Of a stretch of DNA of 64,000 nucleotides, positions 50,872-64,000 are shown piece by piece. This stretch comes from Malacoraja senta (lineage: Eukaryota): assembly GCA_038087875.1 (NCBI GenBank), contig JAXLNO010000385.1:1054001-1118000 (forward strand). The letters are read 5' to 3'. The first letter of the stretch is position 1, and the number at the start of each line of letters is the position of its first letter. The notes beneath the pieces are model-generated. The model did no database searches. It worked only from the letters and a program-made list of their open reading frames with translations, and was not told the DNA's origin. The position numbers were made by a program, and so were the translations under genes.

Positions 50872-53800
50872 CAAGAATCAAGAATCAAGAGACTTTATTG
50901 TCATGTGTCCCCTGATAGGACAATGAAATTCTTGCTTTGCTTCAGCACAACAGAACATAGTAGGCATTGACTACAAAACAGATCAGTGTGTCCATATACC
51001 ATTATCTACGTAAAAAGTACAAATAACAGATAATGGACTATTAATGTTCGGAGTTTTGTCCGAGCCAAGTTTAAAAAGGCTGTGGGGAAGTAGCTATTCC
51101 TGAACCTGGTCATTGCAGTCTTCAGGCTCCTGTACATTATACCTGAAGGTAGCAGGGAGATGAGTGTGTGGCCAGGATGGTGTGGTTCCTTGATGATACT
51201 GACAGCCTTTTTGAGGCAGCGACTGCGATAGATCCCCTCGATGGAAGGGAGGTCAGAGCCGATGATGGACTGAGCAGTGTTTATTACATTTTGTTGTCTT
51301 TTCCTCTCCAGGGTGCTCAAGTTGCCGAACCAAGCCACGATGCAACCGGTCAGCATGCTCTCTACTTGGCACCTGTAGAAGTTCAAGAGCGTCCTCCTTG
51401 ACAAACTGACCCTCCGTAATCTTCTCAGAAAGTAGAGGCGCTGATGTGCTTTCTTAATAAGCATCAGTGTTCTCGGACCAGGTAAAATCTTCAGAGATGT
51501 GCACGCCCAGGAATTAGAAGCTCTTGACCCTTTCAACCATCGACCCGTTGATATAAACGGGACTGTGGGTCCCCATCCTACTCCTTCTTTTTTTTTTGAT
51601 TAATATTTTTATTAGAAGCAAATAAAGTATAGTAACATATTATAATAGAAAAAAAACCTTTTCATATACATCAATCATACATTATTAAAATGGTCAATTG
51701 TCAACTAATTCTGCTTCTAGTGTTTTTTTAAAATATAGATAGAAAAAGAGAGGTAGAAAGAAAAAAGCATTACAAATATCGAGAAAAAAAAAGAAAAACA
51801 GGTGGAATGAGTTATTTATAATACGTCATTGGAGATAAGTTCGTAGGTTATGATAATTTTACATCTAATCATGAGTTCAAGCTTCAATTAGGTTTTCGTG
51901 CTGGGCCCATCTATCCCTTCAAATAGTTAATGAATGGAGCCCATATTTTAACAAAAAGTTCTTGTTTGTCCATTAAGACAAGTCTAATTCTTTCTAGATG
52001 TAGGGTCTCCGACATTTCCACAATCCACATTTTAATTATGGGGGTTATAGGACCTTTCCAAAATTTTAATATTATTTTTTTCCCAGTTATTATACTGTAG
52101 TCAAGGAAGTTTCTTTGACTTGTTGTGAGTATTAAACTTTGTTCTGATATCCCAAGTATTATTAATTTTGAGTCTGGATCCAATTTAGTATTAACAACTT
52201 CAGAAATTATTTCAAAAATATCAATCCAGAATGTTTTGATTTTTATACAATTAGCAAAAGTATGTGTTAAATTGGCCTCCAGATGTAGGCATTTATCACA
52301 AATAGGAGAAATATGTGGGAAGATTCTATTTAGTTTTATTTTGGAATAATGTAGTCTGTGTAAGACTTTAAATTGTATTAAAGCATGTCTGGCATTTAAC
52401 GAGCATTGATGTATATGTTGTAAACTTTCGTCCCAAATGTCTTTCGTTATAAAGTGACCTAACTCATTTCCCCATGTTTGTCTATATAGTTCCATCGGTG
52501 GTACCTCATTGTTTAAGAGGATGTTATAGATATAAGCTATTAATTTTTCAGTGTTAGGATGCTTATTCAAACATTCATCAAGAATTTCTGGTTCCCTAGT
52601 CCTATATACTTGTGTATTAGATTTAACATAATCTCTAATTTGTAGATATCTGAAATAATTATTTGAGTGTAGTCCATAATTCTGTTGTAACTCTTGAAAT
52701 GACAGAAAGATGCCTTCCCTATAAAGATGTCCAATCTTTTTAATCCCATAATCTTTCCATTGTATAAAACCTCTATCCAATATGGATGGTTTGAATAAAG
52801 GAATATTTACAATGGGAAGTCATAGTGGTATATTATTCAGTTTTAAAGCTTTTTTTAATTGTTTCCAAATTCGTATTCCATTATGTATTATAGGGTTTTC
52901 CTTATAGGTTTTTTTATGCAATTTTGTGGAGCAAGTATAATCGAACCAATTTCAAAAGGTAGTCTTCCTTTTCCATCCTTAACCAATCTGGATATTGATC
53001 CATTTCTTCCAGCCAGAAATTCATGTTTTTAATATAGACTGCCCAAAAATAAAATAAGAAATTTGGCAAAGCCAAACCTCCGTTGCTCTTTGACTTACAT
53101 AAATGTTTTTTACTTATTCTTTGATTCTTATAATCCCAAATAAAGCTTGTACCAATGGAGTCGACTTTTTTGAAAAAGTGTTTTGGAATATATATCGGAA
53201 TTAATTGAAATAGATACAGTAGTTGCGTTAAGAAGATCATTTTTATAGCGTTAATTCTACCAAGCATTGAAATGGGAATTGTTTTCCAGTACTGAATATT
53301 CTTGTGTAATTTATTAAGTAAGGGTGGAAAATTTAGTTTAAATAAAGAGGTATATGTCTTAGTTACATAGATTCCTAAATATTTAAGTTTATCTTTAACT
53401 ATTTTAAAAGGGGATTGTTGCAATGTATTTGAATTGAATTTTGTTATTGCCATGATTTCACTTTTAATCCAGTTAATTCTATATCCTGAGAACTGACCAA
53501 ATTGAGTTATTAGATTTAATAGATTTGGAATACTAGTTTCTAACTTTGTGATATATATTAGTACATCATCTGCATATAAGTAAATTTTATTCCTTGTATC
53601 TCTAGTGTTGTACCCGTGTATTACTGGATGGGTTCTAACGCTTTATGCTAATGGTTCAATTGCAAGAGCAAATAATAGTGGGGATAGTGAGCATCCTTGT
53701 CTGCAACCTCTAGAAAGATTAAATTTAGCTGATAACATTTGGTTTGTTAATATTCTAGCTGTTGGATTGGAGTATAACAGTTTAATCCATGTGCAGTACT

Positions 53801-54770
53801 TCTCCCCTAGTTGAAAATTTTCCATTACCGAAAATAAATATGACCATTCTACCTGGTCAAATGCTTTTTCAGCATCTAACGATATAATTGCTAGATCTGC
53901 ATTAGGAATTATATTTGTATATATAATATTGAACAGTCTTCTCAAATTATAAAATGAGTAGCGTTTTGGAATAAAACCAGTTTGGTCGGGCTCCCCATCC
54001 TACTCCTTCTAAAGTCCACAATCAGTTCCTCGGTTTTGCTGGTGTTGAGGGCCAAGTTATTGTGGAGAGTCGCTCGATCTCTCTTCTGTACTCTGACTCA
54101 TCCCCATCAGTGATACTTCCCACAACAGTGGTGTCGTCAGCGAACTTGATGATGGAGTTCGCAATATGACCGGCTACGCAGTCATGAGCATAGAGTGAGT
54201 ACAGCAGGGGGCTGAGCACGCAGCCTTGAGGTGCTCCCGTGCTGATTGTTATCCAGTCTGACACATTTCCACCAATATGAACAGACTGTGGTCTGTGAAT
54301 GAGGAAGTCGAGGATCCAATTGCCGAGGGATGCGCAGAGACCCAGTTCTGCGAGTTTGGTAACCAGCTTGGAGGGGATGATTGTATTAAATGCCGAGCTG
54401 TAATCAATGAATAACAGCCTGACATATGAGTATGTGTTGTCCAAGTGGTCCAGAGCGGAGTGGAGGGCCAGCAAGATCGCATCCACCATTGATCTGTTGT
54501 GGCGGTAATCGAACTGCAGTGGGTCCAGGTTTTTGTCGAGGTAGGAGTTGATTTGCGCCATGATCAACCTCTCAAAGCACTTCATCACCACAGGCGTTAG
54601 TGCCACTGGTCGATAGTCATTGAGGCACGTCACTTACTCATCTTGGGCACCGGTAAAATTGATGCCCTTTTGAAGCAGGTGGGAACCTCGGACCTCAGAA
54701 ATGAGAGTTTGAAAATATCCGTAAAAACTCCAGCCAGTTGGTCCGCACAGGTTTTTTCGAACACGACCAG
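50872..54770 (-). mobile_element. Rex1/Babar-like LINE, copy 3, split by L1
   Basis: ORFs 54022-54633 (RT core, KFADD) and 51006-51536; (ATCAAGA)n tail at left. Confidence 0.9.
51589..53991 (-). mobile_element. 5'-truncated L1 (RT to polyA)
   Basis: [31 protein letters not shown]; poly-T at left; 19-bp TSD TCCCCATCCTACTCCTTCT (51570-51588 / 53992-54010). Confidence 0.95.
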
Positions 54771-55058
54771 TTCGAAATGGAGTTGGAGTTCGAGTCAGTT
54801 CGAGTTCGAGATATAGTTCGAGTTCAATGAATGAATGAATGAATGAAAGAATGAATACATTTATGGGCCAAGTATTCTCATACAAGGAATTTGCCTTGGT
54901 GCTCCGCCAGCTAATCAAACTCCAACTCGAGTTCGAAATAGAGTTCGAGGTCGAGATGGTGTTCGAGATAGAGTTCGTGTTCGACAGAGAGTTCGATATA
55001 AAGTTCGAGATCGAGTTCCAGATCGAATTCGAGTTCGAGTTCGAGTTGATTGAATGAA

Positions 55059-55192
55059 TAAATGAATGAATACGTTTATTGGTCAAGTATTCACATACAA
55101 GGAATATGCATTGGTGCTCCGCGAACTCGCGGAGCACCAATGCATATTCCTTGTATGTGAATACTTGACCAATAAACGTATTCATTCATTTA
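55059..55192. repeat. Perfect inverted repeat, 66-bp arms, 2-nt spacer
   Basis: 55059-55124 is the exact reverse complement of 55127-55192. Confidence 0.97.
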
Positions 55193-55320
55193 CTCAAGTC
55201 CAACGAACTCGAGTTCGAGATATAATACGAGTTCGAGTTCGATTTCTAATTCGAGTTCGAGTTCGAGATAGAGTTCGTTCGAATGAATACGATACGTGTG
55301 AGAGAGAGAGAGAGAGAGAG

Positions 55321-55441
<121 letters not shown>

Positions 55442-55450
55442 GTTCGAGAT

Positions 55451-57753
55451 TGTTGATTTGTAGTCCTTATAATAACAATGGCCTTACACCATGTCAGGTT
55501 ATATAGAGTTTATTGGTTACAAGCACTACAACTTCTCACTTAGGAATTCAATTTAAGACTAACGGAATGCAGCAGACTGCGACGCTAACAAGCTAGTGGG
55601 CGTAACTACAAATGCAAGACATAGCATGAGCCACGAATCTACATCCCCCTCTTAAAGAATCAATAACGATGTATATCCATAACTAAGCAAAGCAAATATC
55701 ACAACCGATGACAGACTGGTGGAAAGTGAAACATAGTCCGGATACATCACGACCGGCCTGCAAACACGACCGGGACGTGTACGATAGAGGCCATCTCCAT
55801 TATGTTTCTCTGGGGAAAGAGCAGGCGATGTCACCGCCGTGGGGGAGTGGACAAACGTCCCTGGAGTCGAAGCAGGAGACTGTGGCGCACGCGAAGAAGG
55901 AACAGACAGAGGAACTGTCGCAGGCATGGATTGTTGTGCTGGCAAGAGCATGCGTGGGTCACTAGATGCAGATTGAAAATAACTTGTACGATCCGGATTA
56001 TAAGGAGGAGGGATTGACTCGTTCACAGGCAGAAGACTTTGCGTCAGTAGGTGCCGCCATCGGCTCTAACAATGTACCAGCGTGGCTCCGAAGCGGGACC
56101 AGACACCACCCCAATACGATCATGGCCTTTGCCAGTCTGTAAGACGACCACCTGTCATTTGGTCAATGGCGGCAGTGGCTTACTCGTCTTGTCGAACCAT
56201 ATCTTTTGAACGTCACGCTTTTGTTGCAACCTGGATTGAACCTCCTTTGGCGGAAACACATGTGGGCTTAATGCTTGCTCCGCTACGGGCAGCGTGGAGG
56301 AGGAGAGAGAAGAGGGGAGAGAGAGGAGGAGAGAGAAGGGAGAAAGAGAAGGGAGAGAGAGAGAAGGGAGAGAGGGAAGAGGGGAGAGAGAAGGGGAGAC
56401 GGGAGCGTGGGGTTCATTTTCCCACACAAGCCATAGGTGACTGAGCAATCTGAACCCAAGCACCAAGTTGAAAGCGGCCGAATGTGTGCATTCCTCGGAA
56501 CAGCCGCCGTTCTCCCACGGCCACCCTCCGTGGGCTGCGGGTAGGGTGGAGCTGAGGTTTGGGACAATGTTCATGCCTTCACAGTGATGTGATGGACGCG
56601 GGGGTCTGGACAAATCGCTGACAAGTCCCGCCGCCCGGCAACGTCATGTCCGTTATTGGACTTTTCTGTTGAGCGGCAGTCGATCCTTAGGCTTGTTGGC
56701 GGCGCCGCCTTTCGGGTAGGTGGCGTTTTGACAGAACTGTCATTCGGTATGTTTGCTTTTCGGCGTCGCAGCTTTTCGGTTCGTTGGCTTTTAGGCGTCC
56801 CGCCCTTTCGGTTCGTTTGCACTTAGGCGTCCCGTCCTTTAGCTTAGTAGGGGTTTCGTCTTCAGACTCTTTCGGTTTATTGGCGTTTCGGCCTCGTTTC
56901 CATTCGGTTCTTTGGCTTCGACTTCTTTGCTTCTGCTTCTTGTCTGTCGGCGCCACGTCTGGGTATCATCCGGCCAGCCGTGCATAATGACAGAAGTTAG
57001 CGACCGTAAGGGTCTTGTTGTTGGCAGTGTGGGCAACCAGGTCCTCCATCCAAGATGAAGGGATGAAGGATACAGTCATCGCGATAAAGTCATCATTCTG
57101 CGAAGGCAGATCCTCGCAGGTCGTCCGAGATGCATGTGAAAGAGTGTCCGCCAGGTGCATATCCATTGCACGTTTGTAGGTCAGGACGATGTCATATTTT
57201 TGAAGTTGTAGTAACATCCGTTGTGGGCGCGCTGGAGGGTTATGGATAGGTTTATTGAAAATGCTGATAAGAGGTTGGTGGTCGGTTTGAATTGTAATAG
57301 TGCGACCAAAGATGAAATCGTTGAACTTTTTGCAAGCCAACACAACAGCAAACAGCTCTTCTCCGATTTGGGCGAATCGTTGCTCTGTGTCAGACATGGT
57401 TCGCGAGGCATAGGGGACAGGTTTATTGTCATGGCCATCATTCTGAAGGTATGCAGCGTGTAGCGCATGTTGTGAGGAGGCACATGGCACATGGCAGTAA
57501 TAGTCAGTCTAGGCTCAAAGTATGCTAGAGTAGGGTTGGGCGACATCTGCCGTTTAAGTGTCAAATGCTGTCTGTTGTTGCTCATGCCAGGTCTAAGCAG
57601 AGACTTTGTGTGTGAGAGGGCGTAATGGGGCTGATATTTCGCTGAACTCTGGAATGAATTTGCTCAAATAGCCATACCAAGGGACCTCTGTAAACTGAGC
57701 ACATCTGTGGGTGCTGGAAGCTCATTAATTGCACTGATTTTCGCTGGATCGTT
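55451..57753 (-). mobile_element. Gypsy B copy 5 (LTR 55451-55643), same 5' truncation as copy 4
   Basis: Reverse complement of 37764-40049 without the L2 tail. Confidence 0.92.
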
Positions 57754-58290
57754 GGTGATAGAGGGTGAGGGGGGTAGAGAGCGACGGGAAGGGGAGAGGT
57801 AAAGAGAAAGTAAGACTGACGGGGTGGCGATGGAGAGAGAGGGGGGGGGAGGGAGGGAGAGAGGGAGTCGGGGAGGGGAGGGATAGAGACGGGTAGGGGA
57901 ATGCAAAAGTGACGAAGGGGTGGGAGAGAGCTGGAGATGGAGGAATGGAGAACGTGGAGGGACATCAATGAAACAACGTTTAAGTGTCATTTGGCCAGAT
58001 ACATTTAGCCAGACATTTAGGTACATGGATAGGACAGGTTTAAAGGTATAATTACAGGTGCCCTCCCCTAAATCCATCATTTACAGGGGCCCTCCCTGAA
58101 ATCCGCGGCAGATTTGCCAGACCCGATGGGGAGAGAGATGGGGAGAGAGGGGGTAGAGTGGGGAAGATAGTGGAGAGAGATAGAGGAGTGAGAGCGAGAG
58201 AGAGAGAGAGAGGGAGAGAGAGAGAGAGCGAGAGAGAGAGAGAGAGAGAGAGTGGGAGAGCGAGAGAGAGAGTGAGAGAGGGAGAGAGAG

Positions 58291-58339
<49 letters not shown>

Positions 58340-59831
58340 GAGAGACGGGTGGAGAGAGAAGGATGGGGAGGGGAGAGAGAGGGAGAGTGAGGGAGAGAGT
58401 AGATGGCGTGGGAGAGGGAGAGAGCGAGACGGGGAGTGGACGGAGTGAGAGATGAGGTCTCGTCTGAAGAACTCTCTCGGCCCGAATCATGTCGCAATCA
58501 TTCTCCCCAGAGATGCTACATGTCACGCGGAGTTACGGCAGCATTTTGTTTGTCTATGTTAAGTCAAGTTATGTCATGGACAGGTTAAGAAACTGTGCTC
58601 AACATGTGATGAGCGTTTATCGGCACTGGGTCTGTACTTACTGGAGTTTACAATAACGAGGGGGGACCTCATTGAAACAACGTTTAAGAGACATTTCGAC
58701 AGGAACATGGACCCGTTCGATCCTGACCACGGGCGCTGTCTGTGCAGAGTTTGCACTTTCTCCCCGCGACCTGCATCGGGCGGGCACGGTGCCTCCCACT
58801 CCCCACCCTCTCCCCCTCCGTCACTCGCTCGACCTCCCCATCATTCTCCCCCTTTTCCCCCCTCCCCATCTCCCCCACCCTCTTCCCGTCTCTCACTCTC
58901 TCTCTCCCCATCTCTCCCTCCCTCCCCATCTCTCTCCCTCTCCTCTCTTCCCGTCTCTCTCTCTCTCTCCATCTGTCTCTCTCCCTCTCCCGGTTTCTCT
59001 CTCTATCTTATTCAACTCGCCTCTCCCTCTCCCCGCCTCTCTCCCCCGTCTCTCCCTACCTATCGCCGTCTCTCGCTTGCCCCATCCACGCCTCCCTCTC
59101 GCCCTCTGCCAGTCTCTCTCACCCCATCTCTCTCTACTTTCCCCGTCTCTCTCCCCTCTCCATCTCTCCCTCCGTCTCCATCTCTAGACCCTTCTCTCTC
59201 TCCCCCCTCCCCCCATCTCTCTGTACCTCCCTCCCTGTACCCTCTCTCTCTCCCCGTCACTTTCTCTCTCCGACTTTTTCCGTCAGACACTCCCTCCTTC
59301 CTGCTGTGACAAACGCCGAGACACAGAGCGAGAGTGAGTGACGGGAGAGGGAAAGACAGACGGGGAGGGGGTGGTGAGAGCGACGGGGAAGAGAGAGAGA
59401 GAGAGAGAGAAGATGGGAGGGGAGGGAGCGAAAGAGATGAGACGGGGAGGGGAGAGAGAGAGACAGTGAGGGGAGGGAGGAGAAAGTGACACACGGAGAA
59501 AGAGAGGGATAGAGGGGAGAAGGAGATGGAGAGGGGAGAGGAGGGAGATACACGGGAAGGGAGAGAGAGAGACGGAGAGAGAGACACGTGGAGGGAGAGA
59601 GAGATAGATGGTGAGGGAGGGAAAGTGAGAGACGGGGAGGGGGAGAGAGAGAGGAAAAGTAAGAGAGTGACGGGGAGGCGAGGGAGAGAGAGGGGTGAGA
59701 AGAGGCGAGGGGGAGGGGAGGGAGAGAGAGTCCGGGAGGGAGAGGGATAGAGACGGGTAGGGGAAGGAAAAATACACGGGTAGGGGAGGGAGAGAGAGCC
59801 GGGGATGGAGGGAGAGAGAGAGTGACGGGGA

Positions 59832-59921
<90 letters not shown>

Positions 59922-60714
59922 TGGAGAGTGGCGGAGAGGAAAGATACAGGGAGGAGATAGGGTGACGGGGAGGGGGAGGAGAGGGAGATGCGACGGGTAG
60001 GGGACCAGAGAGAAATAGAAGTGAAGGGGAAAGAGAGAGCGACGGAGACGGGGGGGGGGGGGACAGGAGAGGACGGAGATGGGACGGGCAAGGAAAGGAG
60101 CGAAATTGGGAGGGATGGGAGAGAGACGGAGAGGGGAGAGAGAGACGGAAAGGGGGAGAGATGGAGGGGTGAGTGAGACAAGGACACGGACCCCAACGTC
60201 CCACCCACTCCCCTGCCTCCCCCCCTCCCTCCCTCTCTCCCTCCCTCCACTTCCTCCCCTCTATGTTTACATACTGTTTGGTGCTGCTGCTAGTTTGGAT
60301 CTCATTGTTGTGTCTGGGATATTTGACAATGAAACACACGTGAGTCTTGACCCGCTGCCCCTCTCCCTCTTACACAGTCTCTCTCTCTCTCCGCGTTGCT
60401 CTCTTATCCATCCAGTCACTCCACTCACTTTTTCCGTTCTCCCCTTCTTTCATCTTTCTTTCTCCCTGTCTCTCCCTCCGGAGAAGAACGAGAGGGACCT
60501 CATTGATACAACGTTTGAGTCATTTGGCCAGAGACATTTGGCCAGACATTTAGACAGGTACAAGGATAGGACAGGTTTAACGGTATACTTACAGGTGCCC
60601 TCCCCTAAATCCGAGTGGTAGAGTTGCTGTCTCACAGCGCCAGAGACCCGATGGGGAGAGAGATGGGGAGAGAGGGTGTAGAGTGGGGAAATAGTGGAGA
60701 AAGGAGATAGAGGG

Positions 60715-60797
<83 letters not shown>

Positions 60798-61985
60798 GTG
60801 GGAGAGAAAGTGAGAGAGAGAGAGAGAGAGAGAGAAACGGGGGTGGAGAGAGAAGGATTGGGAGGGGAGGAGAGAGAGAGTGGGAGAGAGTAGAAGGCCC
60901 GAGAGAGGGAGAGAGCGAGACGGGGAGTGGAGGAAGTGAGAGATGGGATCTCGTCCCATTCATTCTCCTCAGAAATGCTGCATGTCCCGCTGAGTTCCGC
61001 CAGAATTGTGTTTGTCTATGTTAATCCAAGTGATGTCGTGCCCAGGTTAATAAACTGTGCTCAACATATGATGAGCGTTTTTCGGCACAGGGCCTGTACC
61101 CACTGAAGTTCAGAAGAACGAGGGGGGACCTCATTGAATCAACGTTTAAGTGACATTTGGACAGGTAGATGGATAAGACAGGTTTAAAGGTATGTATACA
61201 GGTGCCCTCCCCTAATTCACTCATTTACAGCGGAAAATTTTTAATAGGAATCTGAAGGGTAACTTTTCCACACAGAGGGTGGTGGGTTTTATGGAACAGC
61301 TGCCGGAAGATGTAGTTGAGACAGGGACTATCACATCGTTTGGACGTACATGGATAGCACAGGTTTGGAGGGATATGGGCCAAACGCGGGCAGGTGGGAT
61401 AAGTGCAAATGGAGCATTTTAGTCAGTGTGAGCAAGTTGACCGAAGGGCCTGTTTCCGTTGTATTACTTCCACAACACACTCCCCCCTCCGTCACTCTCT
61501 CGATCTCCCCATCATTCTCCCCCCCTCCACTTCCCCCTCCCCGTCTCTTCCTCCCTCTCCCCGTTTCTCACTCGCTCTCTCCCCGTCTCTCCCTCCCCAT
61601 CTCTCTCTCTCCTCTCTTCCCCGTCTCTCCCTTCCTCTCCTCTTCTCTCGCTCGCCCCATCCATGTCTCTCTCTCCCTCCCAGTCTCTCTCTCCCAGTCT
61701 CTCTCTACTTCCCCCTCTCACTCTCCCGTCTCTCATTCCCTCCGTCTCCAGCTTTGGCACCTCTCTCTCTCCAGTCTCTCCATCCCTCCCTCCGTCTCCA
61801 TCTCTAGACCCTTCTCTCTCTCTCTCTCTCCTCTCTGTACCTCCCTCCCCGCACCCTCTCTCTCTCGCCCCGTCACTGTCAGACACTCACTCCTTCCTGC
61901 TGCGACAAACGCCGAGACGCAGAGCGAGAGTGAGTGACGAGGAGAGGGAGAGACAGACGGGAGGGGGTGGGAGAGACGGGGAGGG

Positions 61986-62047
<62 letters not shown>

Positions 62048-62089
62048 TGGAGGGGAGGGGGGGAGTGAAAGAGTTGAGACGGAGATTTT

Positions 62090-62120
62090 GTTCGACTTCG
62101 AGTTCGAGATCGTGCTCGAG

Positions 62121-62181
<61 letters not shown>

Positions 62182-64000
62182 GAGAGATACAGTTAGTTCG
62201 AATTCGAGTTCCAGATAGAGTTCGAGTTCTAGTTCAAGTTCAAGCTCGAGTTAGAATTGAATGAAAGAATGAATGAATGAATGAATGAATGAATGAATGA
62301 ATGAATGAACGAATGAATGAATGAATGAATTTATTGGCCAAGTCTTCACAGACAAGGAATTCGCCTTGGTGCTCCGCCCGCAAGTGGAACTCCAACTCGA
62401 GTTTTAAATAGAGTTCGAGGTCGAGATGGTGTTCGAGATAGAGTTTGTGTTCGACAGAGAGATCGATATATAGTTCGAGATCGAGTTCTTGATCCAGTTC
62501 GAGTTCGAGATAGAGTTCGAGATTGAGGTCGATGTCGAGATAGAGTTGTAGTTCGCGATACAGTTCGAGTTCTAATTCGAGTTCGAGTTGAATGAATGAA
62601 CGAATGAATGAATGAATGAATGAATGAATGAATGAATGAATGATTGAATGAATGAATGAATAAATGGCTGAATGAATGAATGAATGAATGAATGAATGAA
62701 TGAATGAATGAATGAATGAATGAATGAATGAATTTATTGGCCAAGTATTCACATACAAGGGATTTGCCTTGGAGGTCCGCCAGCAAGTCGAACTCAAATT
62801 TGAGTTCGAGATAGTTTGAGTTCGAGATAGAGTACGAGTTCGAGTTCGAGTTCGAGTTCGAGTTCAAGTTCGAGCTCGAGTTCGAGTTAAATGAATGAAT
62901 GAATGAATAAGTTTATTGGCCAAGTATTCACATACTAGGTTTTTGCCTCGGTGCTCCGCCCGTAAGTCGAAATCAAACTCGAGTTCGAGATCGAATTCGA
63001 GTTCGAGTTCGAGATAGATTTTGAGTTTGAGTTCGAGAGAGAGTTCGAGTTCGAGATAGAGTTCGAGTTCGAGTTGACTGAATGCATGAATGAATGAATG
63101 AATGAATGAATACGTTCATTGGCCATGTATTCACATACACGGAATTAGCTTTGGTGCTCCGCCCGCAAGTCGAACTGGAACTCGATTTTGCGATCCTAGA
63201 GAGTACGAGTTCGAGTAGGAGTTAGAGATAGAGTTCGTGATAGAGTTCGAGTTCGAGTTCGAGTTCAAGTTGCAGTTGGAGTTGGAGTTGGCGTTCGAGA
63301 TAGAGTTCGAGTTCTAGTTCAAGTTCGAGATAGTTCGAGTTCGAGATAGAGTTCGGGTTCGAGTTCAAGTTCGAGCTCGATTTCGAGTTGAACGAATGAA
63401 TGAATGAATAGGTTTATTGGCCAATATTCACATACAAGGCATTTGCCTTGCTGCTCCGCCCGTAACTCGAACTCCAACTCGAGTTCTAGATCCAGTTCGA
63501 GTTCGAGGTAGATTTCGAGTTCGAGATAGAGTTCGAGTTCGAGATAGTTCGCTGTCGAGATAGAGTTGTAGTTCGCGATACAGTTCGAGTTCTAATTCGA
63601 GTTCGAGATCGAGATCGAGTTCGAGATCGAGTTCGAGATCGAGTTCGAGTTTAAGTTCGAGTTCCAGCTCGAGTTCAATGAATGAATAAATGAATGAATG
63701 AACGAATGAATGAATTTATTGGCAAAGTATTCACGTACAAGGAATTTGCGTTGGTGCTCCGCCCGCAAGTCGAACTCGAGTTTGAGATCGAGTTCGAGTT
63801 AGAGTGCGAGTTCGAGTTCGAGTTCGAGTTCGAGTTCAAGTTCGAGCTCGAGTTCGAGTTAAATGAATGAATGAATGAATGAATACGTTTATTGGGCGTG
63901 TATTCACATACAAGGAATTTGCATTGGTGCTCCGCCCGTAACTCGAACTCGAGTTCGAGATCGAATTCGAGATAGATTTCATGTTCCAGTAGGAGTTCGA
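62090..64000. repeat. Longest composite satellite array, running off the window
   Basis: 7 cores TTTATTGGCCAAGTATTCACATACAAGGAATTTGCCTTGGTGCTCCGCCCG at ~62330, 62733, 62912, 63115, 63413, 63715, 63888, each preceded by (GAAT)n and followed by (GAGTTC)n. Confidence 0.95.

Noticed and set aside
62090..64000. CRISPR-like look (conserved repeat plus variable spacers)
   Set aside because: Vertebrate TE context, no cas genes, and the 'spacers' are microsatellite tracts of variable length rather than unique sequences
62090..64000. (GAGTTC)n as tandem pol III B-boxes or heat-shock elements
   Set aside because: The repeat gives GTTCGAGTT, missing the terminal C of GTTCRANNC; the GAA units are direct with period 6, not alternating inverted pentamers

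Overview
Eukaryotic, gene-poor, almost entirely repeat-derived DNA. It is probably from a cartilaginous fish (skate/ray); this is inferred from HE1-like tRNA-SINE heads and elasmobranch-type CR1/Penelope 3' ends. There is no intact protein-coding gene. The window is a set of segmental duplications of one composite block about 10 kb long: CT/GA low-complexity DNA with CR1/SINE/Penelope scraps, a degenerate Gypsy element ('Gypsy B') with a 193-bp LTR, a (TC)n tract, a composite (TCGAAC)n/(ATTC)n satellite, a 5'-truncated Rex1/Babar LINE and a CR1/L2-group 3' end. Copy-specific insertions overlay it: a full-length degenerate L1 with a TSD, two 5'-truncated L1s, a second Gypsy ('Gypsy A'), two non-autonomous Rex1-tailed elements and a ~58-bp L2 tail. 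The only host-gene sequence is an isolated USP5-like exon, present four times (2 complete, 2 partial). Main points: (i) the satellite's conserved ~55-bp core looks like a LINE 3'-end signal (hairpin + AATAAA + microsatellite tail) and occurs about 22 times; (ii) a perfect 66-bp-arm fold-back palindrome of that core; (iii) an L1 flanked by a ~100-bp target duplication; (iv) a Penelope-type minimal hammerhead motif; (v) both large-scale orientation switches fall exactly on 200-N gaps, so the apparent giant palindromes may be scaffolding artefacts. All family assignments come from motif recognition by eye; no searches were run.
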